The notes below the pieces were generated by a model that worked only from the letters and a program-made list of their open reading frames with translations, searched no databases and had not been told where the DNA came from. The translations under genes were made by a program, and so were the position numbers. From the NCBI GenBank assembly GCA_000091205.1, contig AP006499.2: a DNA stretch of 64,000 nt; one strand, 5' to 3'. Origin of the DNA: Cyanidioschyzon merolae. Its lineage: Eukaryota. Positions 56,690 to 64,000 of the stretch are shown here, piece by piece; the first letter of the stretch is position 1; each line of letters begins with the position of its first letter.

Positions 56690-57374
56690 AAGGGGTACAG
56701 CGCCGTCTGCTGAATACCATTGAAGACTTGAGCGAGCGTCACGCGATACTGTCGTGTGCAGTGGAAGACACTGAAAGCGCGCGGCATTGGACGAGCACCA
56801 CTTGCCTCCCACGGAACGCGTACGATTATTGCCGGCGATCGATGCTCCCTTCCATGTGTCTCGCTGGAGAAGCCAGAAGCGCGCAGAATCTACAGACCGT
56901 GGCAGTGCTGCATGCGGAGTACCCGTGGATAGCCACCTGCGTCACACGGTATCTTTGTACGACTGGAGCAGCGCGTTTTCTGGAGAACAGATCCGGTGCA
57001 ATGGTCTGGATGGTAAGCGATCTCGCAAGACCGAATCGTTACCGTATTGCAGACTCGGCCACAGGTATACGACGCTGCAAAGAACAACCTTTTTTCCGAG
57101 TTATCTGAATGCACATTGCACCAAGTTCGTACTCAAACAACGAGTCCTCTACACAAGATACTCGAAAGCAGCTCGCACATTAAACGTGAATGCTGAACCT
57201 CCGCGACTCGACATACTTGCAGTGCCTCCGAAACTACGGATACGCTCTCTGCATCATGTGCGAACTACCTCGGGAACGTTACGCACAGCAAACGTGTGCG
57301 CTGATTGACCAGCATTCGACATGCTTGCCGTGCTTCCAACACAAACTGTCGCGACACACGACGCTGCCCGGATA

Positions 57375-58877
57375 TCATAACCATGGTTCACCTGTGGCAA
57401 TGCGCACGACTGAGGATCGAAGCGGTGCCACCCTTTCAATGAACTGCATTCCTAGACCGCGAAAACTGCTTGCTAAAGTGGATCCGAGTCCTCGTGTTCG
57501 GGTCGGAAAGGCAAAAACGCGACGCAACGCAGAAAGCGTCACTAACATCGCCGTGTTCAGAGGCAACCTCTCTCGAGTATAGACAGCCAAGACGCTTGGA
57601 TCGCCGATATCCCGTCCCGTTTGCCATGCTTGTTTCAAAACACGAGCAAGCGTCTGCGCATCCGCAAGCCCCAGGTTTACGCCCTGTCCAGCGAGCGGAT
57701 GAACGACATGGGCGGCGTCACCCACTAAGACGACTCGATTGGCGTCGTATCCAGTAGCGCTCCCAAAGTGGAGTGGAAACGACCAACGATCTCTGCCATC
57801 CGTTCGACTCGGGATCAGTCGTTGAAAACTGGGCACTACGGGGAAGCTTCGCCTATCGATCGGGTACGAGCTCTGGCTCAAAAAGCGACGATACGGAGCG
57901 TGCTGGCCTCCATCGACATTCACTCGATGTAGCGCTGCATGCGTTGCATCGAGAAACTGCGAGGCGGAGGCCTCAGTCTCCAGCCAATCCGCTTCGGATT
58001 CATTCGTGGACCAGACGATATTGCTGTACATGCCATGCTGTCCCATGGGGAGAATTGCCAGCGGGCCTCTCGGGAGAAAACGTTGAATCGCCACCAGGTT
58101 GGGTTCGCGATTCTCTACAATAGCGACCACTGCCCGCTGATGGTATGAACGCCCTATCCAGGTTAGTTCGGTCTGGTGGCGGACTCTGGAGCGAGCGCCA
58201 TCAGCTGCAATCACCAGGGAAGCGGCCACAGCGAATGGTGGATGTTCCGCTTCAGAGAGATGCAACTGTGCCCAGGGATGGGATGCTGGCCAGGTCAGGG
58301 TATCGAAGCAGGCTCTGGACCAGCATATGGAACCGGAGACTGAACTGGTTCCATCTCGACCGCTGGCGTTGCCGGTGGGCTCCTTCTCGCCAGCGACTCG
58401 CTCTAGACACCGGTGAAGCGTCTCGAGCAGTGCGGTTTCTTCGACGATATATCCCAGCGCTGGTGGCTCGGTGGAGAGGCGCCCGACGCAATCCGCGGCA
58501 TCAAAAGTGATTTTCTCCTGCGCTGAGCGCCCATACGCGAACAGTGTTGGAAACGCGGTGATGGCCCCCTGCGGTAGGCGTTCCCATACGCCAAGCGACG
58601 CGAGAAACTTCTGCGAAGCCGGTGTGATCGCCACAGTGCGTAGTCCAGCTGCTGTGTCATTGATAGGTTGCCAAGCCGGTGCACGTCGCGGATCAACGAG
58701 AAGAATGCGCGCTCCTGGCTCGATGAGGTGCCGGTGCAACGCGAGTGCTAGCGTTGAGCCAACGACACCGGCCCCTACAATCGCCACGTCAGCCGAAGCG
58801 GTCGGTGAACCTGTTTCGGGCATGACCGCTTCTCGGAACGTAACCGGCGACACACGGCGAAACCAGGAGGCTTTCAA
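57375..58877 (-). CDS. COQ6: FAD-dependent ubiquinone-biosynthesis monooxygenase (COQ6/UbiH family)
   Basis: The FAD-binding motifs are DVAIVGAGVVGSTLALAL and LVGDAAHVVHPLAGQGVNLGLADAQTLARVL (GD...H.P..GQG). Confidence 0.8.
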   Translation of the reverse strand: MKASWFRRVSPVTFREAVMPETGSPTASADVAIVGAGVVGSTLALALHRHLIEPGARILLVDPRRAPAWQPINDTAAGLRTVAITPASQKFLASLGVWERLPQGAITAFPTLFAYGRSAQEKITFDAADCVGRLSTEPPALGYIVEETALLETLHRCLERVAGEKEPTGNASGRDGTSSVSGSICWSRACFDTLTWPASHPWAQLHLSEAEHPPFAVAASLVIAADGARSRVRHQTELTWIGRSYHQRAVVAIVENREPNLVAIQRFLPRGPLAILPMGQHGMYSNIVWSTNESEADWLETEASASQFLDATHAALHRVNVDGGQHAPYRRFLSQSSYPIDRRSFPVVPSFQRLIPSRTDGRDRWSFPLHFGSATGYDANRVVLVGDAAHVVHPLAGQGVNLGLADAQTLARVLKQAWQTGRDIGDPSVLAVYTRERLPLNTAMLVTLSALRRVFAFPTRTRGLGSTLASSFRGLGMQFIERVAPLRSSVVRIATGEPWL

Positions 58878-58899
58878 ACTGGCCTAGAGAAGAACGCCT

Positions 58900-61800
58900 T
58901 CATACGCAGGTGCCCGATGAAAAAAGATTCGCACGCCCACACCCCTGGAAACAAACGTCTTTTAAAAGAAAAAAGTTGCTGCCAGTGGTACAGCAGTGGC
59001 AAACACGCCCTATACAAGAAGTCACCAACTGACTTGCAGACGCCTCCCAGTTTTTTTTCGACCGGCCGCCTACTACTGGTTTCAACTTTTTCTCATATAA
59101 TGCCACTTTGAGAGGTTGTCCAATAAAGTTCCCTCTTGTCGACTCTGAAGGTTTTTTCTCCATCGCCGCACATCTCCTTATACATTGATCGCGGCATGAA
59201 AGCCACGGTTCACAAACTCCATACGTTTCCTGCCATCTTTGGTTGTACTTGTCAATGCAAGTAGTCCACGAACTTTCGCCATCCTTTCCATATGCTCTTC
59301 CGTCAGCGGACCGTATTTTGCTATTTCCTCAGGGCTCCGCTGACACTTTTCCATCTCCACTCCCTGAAGTGTACAACCCAGCTAATGGTGTGTATAGGAC
59401 GTTCGGAACTCATCCATCGGTATTGTAACAAAACGCCGTGCACACTCTTTGAATGTTCTTGTCGTTGGAGCTGGCGTAGTCCCTTTTTGGGTCATCTAGC
59501 GCCCTGCTCCGTACGCCACTACCAGCCTCTGATTTTCATCCTCCTTCAAGGCGCTCAACGCATTGAAAAAATTCGCGAACGCCCGCTGCTTCCCGCATTA
59601 CATATTCATACGCAAACGAACCCACCGAGGCTTTGTATACTCCTCCCACAGCGCATCCCAATGGGCAACACGAACTTCCATGAATTTCCGAAAAGCTTCA
59701 AAGTCCGCTCTTCGGCTCGCTCAAAGCTTCCAGGTGATCCTTCATTCCTGCATTCCGTGTCTCGATTCTCTTCCTCGCATTCATGATTCCCGATTCTCGA
59801 TAGTATCTCGCTCACGAGAACCTCAAAAGACGCATATCTTTCTGACGTAAGTTGCCGTTGTTAGCAACTTCTGCACGCTTGGGTGCAGCGATGGTTACGA
59901 TATTCGTATTCCCAGGGTTCGTGCCAATGACAAAATCGTTATCCTCTACATCCTGCGTGGCAAGATACGCCTCCTTCTCATCTCCACGCTTCGTCACGGC
60001 CGCAGCCGAGGGCGGAACTCGACGATCTGCCTCCAAACGCCGATAGTGAACACACTTGGATACTTCACCGGTTTCGATCATCCTAGTGAATACCTTTTGT
60101 TTGCTCGTATTGAGAAGTTTGAAATTGAGGATATTCTTCCAGTACGTCTCACGGTTTTCGCCGGAGAATTCCCGCCTGCTGGCATTGACCTCCGGACTGG
60201 TCTCCCTCATGATGCCGTGAAGGATTCTGGAGTCGATAGTCACGAAATGTGGCTTGATGTTCCACAATGGAACTACGTTGAAACGCTTCCCCATTAGGGC
60301 AGCCTTCCGTCTCTTCCATTCTCCATTTCTCTCCTCTCTCAGCTTCATCTCTGCCTTGCGTTCGAGTTCTCGGTCCAAAAACACGAAATAGCGTAACATG
60401 AGGCGATAGTATCTTTCCTTATCTTTTTTCAACGCTGATATCTTTTCTGCTGGATTTGCCAGCCCCAGTACCGCACGATGCTCTTTAATAGCCGCACGGA
60501 TGACGGAATCTTTATTCTTTCTCCTGTGTGACGCCATCTCTCCGACGAATTCGGTCTCATCTTTATGTTGGCAATCGTTCGTGATGCCATCGATACTGGC
60601 CCATATCCCCTGGCAAGAGAGACCCCGGTGCAGCGCAAAGATGGAGCGTATCAGAAAGCATTCGAGGTTCAAGGTCATAGGGTCCCTCAGGTTCGTGAGG
60701 TACTTCATCGCCCCATGGCAGTAAATATTCCCGTCACCGCTGTATCGAGTACCCTCGCAGCGGCATTCCGCGAAGTTTTCCTGGAGGACATGCACTCGCT
60801 CATTTCTCCAAGACGTTTCCGCTGTGCCAACCATCAGGTGGCGAATAACGGTCTTGTCGAAAAATTCCACCCGCACCTCGACCGTTTTGATGTCCGTCAC
60901 GTCTTCGTTCATCTTCCTCACCAAATGCATTATTCTTGCAAAAGCCTTGCAATCGCTCATGCAGTAGTGCGCGATACGGTCTCTGAGATCCTCCCGCAAA
61001 TTTTGCTTCTACGGATTCATGATATGCTTGAGACGACAGGCTTTCGGTACTATTTCGACGTAGTGTCGTCTTTCCTCGAGCCATTGGCGTCGGGCCGCCT
61101 GCCTTAGCTTCTTCGTCTCATCCTGTTCCTCTCTGCTCTGCACTGTTTTTTCTTTGTTTCCGCCTGCCGGCGGTAATAGCCCTCTAGGATCCTCCACTTC
61201 CATGTCCAAACTTCCCTTTTTCATTTTTGAAAACGAATGCACTTTGAACTCCCCTGCTATAAACCCCGAAAACTCACTTGAATACACTCACTTGAGGGTT
61301 GAAACAAAACTGAAATAAAAGACTGTATTTTTCGACGACTTCAACATCGTCGCAGCTTGTACTTTAGAACGAGAAGTCAACGAATATTCAGGATCGCGTT
61401 TCGCTTCAACGGCGAGATGCGCGTCGTGTCCCATGTATACCAGGTATGGAGGTGCGTCTATCGACCGCGCTACATAGAACAAATAACAGAGACTAACGAT
61501 CAAGTATCAACGATATAGAGATTTATTCCCCCTCGATGATAAATGTGAAGAGAGGAAAAAGCTTTCAGTATTGTCGAAGGCCTACCCTCGAGGCGGAAGG
61601 TCCCGCGAGCCGGACAAGTCTGCCAAGCTTGCGCTCTGTGCGACTCTGCAGTTGCGGGTACTTTAGCGAGACCTAAGCTGAAACTCGTACGCAACGCAAT
61701 TCTTTCTGGTGCGAGGGGCAGCTAAGCTCCGTCTGGGCGTCGCCCTGGTCGCAGTGGTCTCCAAGTATATCGCTTCGCGCTGCCATAGGCAGCACGTCTA

Positions 61801-61927
61801 TCTGCGCAGCTTGCTTGCCCCCAGAATCATGATGCATCCCGATTAGGTATTGCGTGAACCACACCTCGAGCAGACGCCCTCCGTAGTACGGCAAAGCCGT
61901 TGTATCCCCATGTTGCATCTGCTCCAA
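58900..61927 (-). pseudogene. Decayed TnpB/Fanzor-like (RuvC-fold, OMEGA-family) gene, copy A, filling an AT-rich island (about 58.9-62.0 kb; 40-45% GC against about 60% in flanking genes)
   Basis: Consecutive minus-strand ORFs tile the island: 61673..61927, 61500..61694, 61288..61503, 61009..61287, 59812..60999 (395 aa), 59606..59815, 59178..59360 and 58900..59163. 
- Three of them share one frame and are separated only by a single in-frame TGA (61288-90) and TAG (61009-11). 
- The others require +/-1 frameshifts. 
- The RuvC-I-like motif [19 protein letters not shown] is at about 59885-59935, with Asp replaced by Asn. 
- An RuvC-III-like tail FVNRGFHAAINV is at about 59181-59215, about 230 aa downstream. 
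- The RuvC-I block aligns with copy B: [26 protein letters not shown] against EEQDFMISVDPGFNNLIAVAVPLHPE. Confidence 0.4.
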
Positions 61928-62743
61928 TGGTTTCGTCGTTATTGTGGGTGCTTAAAGCAGACACTCGGCGTTCCTTAGAACTCAAGGAACTACCAGCATA
62001 TCCAAAATGAAATATAAGTTATGGAACTTGAAGGTACGTTGCATCATGCTGGAAGCTTTCCCCACAGCCATGATCCATCCCGCAATCTGGGCCCCATGCG
62101 CAATGAAAGCGTTTTGCCATCAAAAAACGCGACCCGTACCGAACGTTCACGACATTTTTAAACGAATGCACAACTAGCTGCGAAGGCGCAATTCTTGTAT
62201 GCACTTGCTGTCCAGCGCAGCGACAGTTTGGAGCTACCAAGCGCTTGGACCTGGAAGCGTCTTCCGCATCTTTGCGATTTCGAGTGCACGGCAGAGCGGT
62301 GAAGGAAAAGCGTCTAGAACGAAGCTGCGTGTGAAACGCAAGCGTCCCAGCGTACGATGGTACCAGCGAGCGGCTCAGGAGGTCACTTTCAGGCCAAGGC
62401 GGTGTGATAGCTATCGACTCGAAAACGCTCGCAACTGTTCGAGACCCAGCGCCCTTTAAACTCGTGGTCGAAGCACTGGTGCTTTCTGCGTTTTCTGCTG
62501 TGCTGCCACTTGGCTGCTGTTCTCGTCAGTTAACTGGACCAGTTCGCCAAAGTACCAGGTTGTGGCACTGTGCTTGCAGCTGGGAGCGCGGATCGAATCG
62601 TCTGAACCACGTCACCAGCGGCACGCTCTTGTCCGTCTTGTTTATCTCGCGCGTCGTTGCGAGAGCTCGCGGAGTTGCATGGCACACGCTTTGATAGAGG
62701 TCTGGACTGGGGCGAGCGCATCCCCGCCGAGCATCTTCAACTA

Positions 62744-64000
62744 ATGGAGTCGCTGGAAGAAAACGACTCCGATTTCGAGAATGACGGGCGGGATCGGATG
62801 CCGTCTCGGCCAGAGCTGGCGAGCTGGCAGCCTCCAGCCCTTGAAACGGTCGCTGTTCTGGCTCGCCAGTTTGACACGGCGTTCCAGAGCGCGAATGCGT
62901 CAGCGCTCGAAGCTTGCGAACGAGCGCTGGTGGAGCGGGTCCCTCTGCAGTTGCTGCAACAGACCTGGTTGGAAAAGATATTTGATCGGCGAGCGGATGC
63001 CAGTCATGAGTGGACGTACGCGGACATACGCTTCGCGTTGCATTTAGCGTCCGCTGCAGGGCACCTGGAGCAGCGCATGCTGCGCACGCTTTTCGTAAGC
63101 GTGTTGGCAGAGACCGCCTCGGGAGAGGCGCCAGCGTCCGTGGGTCGCACAAGCGTCACAACCAACATCCCCAGACGGGTAGAAACACGAGCATTTGCGG
63201 CACTGTACCGGCATGTTGCGGAGGCGCTTTCAAAACCCAGTATGGACACAGAGGGAAGCTGGCTGACGCTGGTGCAACTGATTCCACATATCGATGGAGT
63301 GTCCGGGTCCGTGACATCTATGCATGTGGATGCGCTGGCGCTCTGCGTCGCACACGATGCCTGGAATCAGGCACTCGAGGTAGTCCTCGCGAGGATTACC
63401 CCTTTCTGGTACAAACCGCCATCTCCATTCATGGTATCCCTGAGCGACCTGGAGCGCTTTCTCTTCAGCGCGGCAACGACTCACTTCAAAACTGGCAACT
63501 ATCGAGCATCTTGGCGGTTACTGCATGAATTCTTGGCACTGCAGTGCACGCGACCAATGTCGAGGCGCAACGAGGCGGCAGACCCGGATACCAAACATCC
63601 ATCTCAACGGATCGCCCCTCTGGATACCGCAGTGACACTCTGCCGATGGCATGAACCGGTGATGCTAGACTCGAGTCACATTTGCGAAACCACGGCAGCA
63701 ATGCGTATTCGAGCTGCACAGCGGTACGTATGTTTGGAGCTTATTGTCTACGGCACCACGGAAGAGGCACTGCAATCGAGCCTGCCTATGGGCTCTGTGG
63801 AACGTTCGCCATCAACGACAGGGCGCTTTCTAGCACGATATCGGGCGCTTGCGCAGACCTTCGACGCGTGTAGTGCGGCCGGGTGCATCGCTCCCTTCGA
63901 TGCGTTCGTGCACCTGCATTTGGACTCTTTTCGAGCTGACACTCACGAGGAATGGATTCTGCAGACTCGCCGTGCCCTTGCACGTGTTCTCATGCTCAGC
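62744..64000 (+). CDS. Hypothetical protein, 5'-complete and 3'-truncated by the window edge (at least 419 codons with no stop through position 64000)
   Basis: I translated frame 2 by hand from the ATG at 62744 and found no stop codon to the window end. An in-frame stop lies upstream at 62603-62605. The region is GC-rich and coding-like. It is absent from the supplied ORF track, presumably because it has no stop within the window. It has no recognisable domain (MESLEENDSDFENDGRDRMPSRPELASWQPPALETVAVLARQFD...). Confidence 0.5.
   Translation, partial: MESLEENDSDFENDGRDRMPSRPELASWQPPALETVAVLARQFDTAFQSANASALEACERALVERVPLQLLQQTWLEKIFDRRADASHEWTYADIRFALHLASAAGHLEQRMLRTLFVSVLAETASGEAPASVGRTSVTTNIPRRVETRAFAALYRHVAEALSKPSMDTEGSWLTLVQLIPHIDGVSGSVTSMHVDALALCVAHDAWNQALEVVLARITPFWYKPPSPFMVSLSDLERFLFSAATTHFKTGNYRASWRLLHEFLALQCTRPMSRRNEAADPDTKHPSQRIAPLDTAVTLCRWHEPVMLDSSHICETTAAMRIRAAQRYVCLELIVYGTTEEALQSSLPMGSVERSPSTTGRFLARYRALAQTFDACSAAGCIAPFDAFVHLHLDSFRADTHEEWILQTRRALARVLMLS

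Noticed and set aside
1-64000. Prokaryotic-style features (operons, Shine-Dalgarno sites, CRISPR arrays, rRNA operon)
   Set aside because: The gene content (Aurora kinase, RPB10, RPS21e, FANCL, WDR82, RHD3) is eukaryotic and the strand organisation is mixed with 0.1-3 kb spacers. No regularly spaced direct repeats with unique spacers were seen. No rRNA-like conserved blocks were seen.

Overview
This window is a compact, GC-rich, apparently intron-poor eukaryotic nuclear segment, with genes of about 60% GC and intergenic DNA of 43-50% GC. It carries about 24 protein-coding genes on both strands, roughly one per 2.7 kb, nearly all recognisable housekeeping functions. These include a GRAM/VASt lipid-transfer protein, a TruA-family pseudouridine synthase, ALG7, an Aurora kinase, organellar ClpP, WDR82/Swd2, RPS21, a RibD-C reductase, RHD3/Sey1, RPB10, RPF2, FANCL, an EEP nuclease, Grx3/PICOT, HMCES/SRAP, acetylornithine aminotransferase, maspardin-like hydrolase, PGM2-like mutase and COQ6. 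The composition, gene density and absence of spliced structure resemble a small unicellular genome such as a red alga or picoalga; the taxon is inferred, not proven. 

The features not explained by ordinary genes are: 
- A well-folded tRNA-Ser(CGA) gene with a 51-nt canonical-position intron lies on the minus strand, and the ClpP start codon sits inside its anticodon stem. 
- Two AT-rich, gene-free islands (about 41.9-43.5 kb and 58.9-62.0 kb) carry decayed ORF chains with in-frame stops and frameshifts. Both chains contain RuvC-I-like (xxGxD/NPGxxNxxxxA) and RuvC-III-like (xA[AS]INx) motifs in TnpB/Fanzor order. I read them as two diverged, degenerate copies of a TnpB/Fanzor-family (OMEGA-type) nuclease gene. 
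- A 1.36-kb sequence is present as two roughly 99%-identical direct copies 17.1 kb apart, flanking five intact host genes. 
- There is a 2 x 91-bp hairpin-rich tandem repeat downstream of WDR82. 
- A roughly 50-90-nt motif is conserved between two intergenic sites flanking RPF2. 
- Several trinucleotide microsatellites sit in intergenic DNA. 
- A partial gene of at least 419 codons runs off the right edge and is missing from the supplied ORF track. 

No CRISPR arrays, rRNA genes or prokaryotic operon structure were seen.
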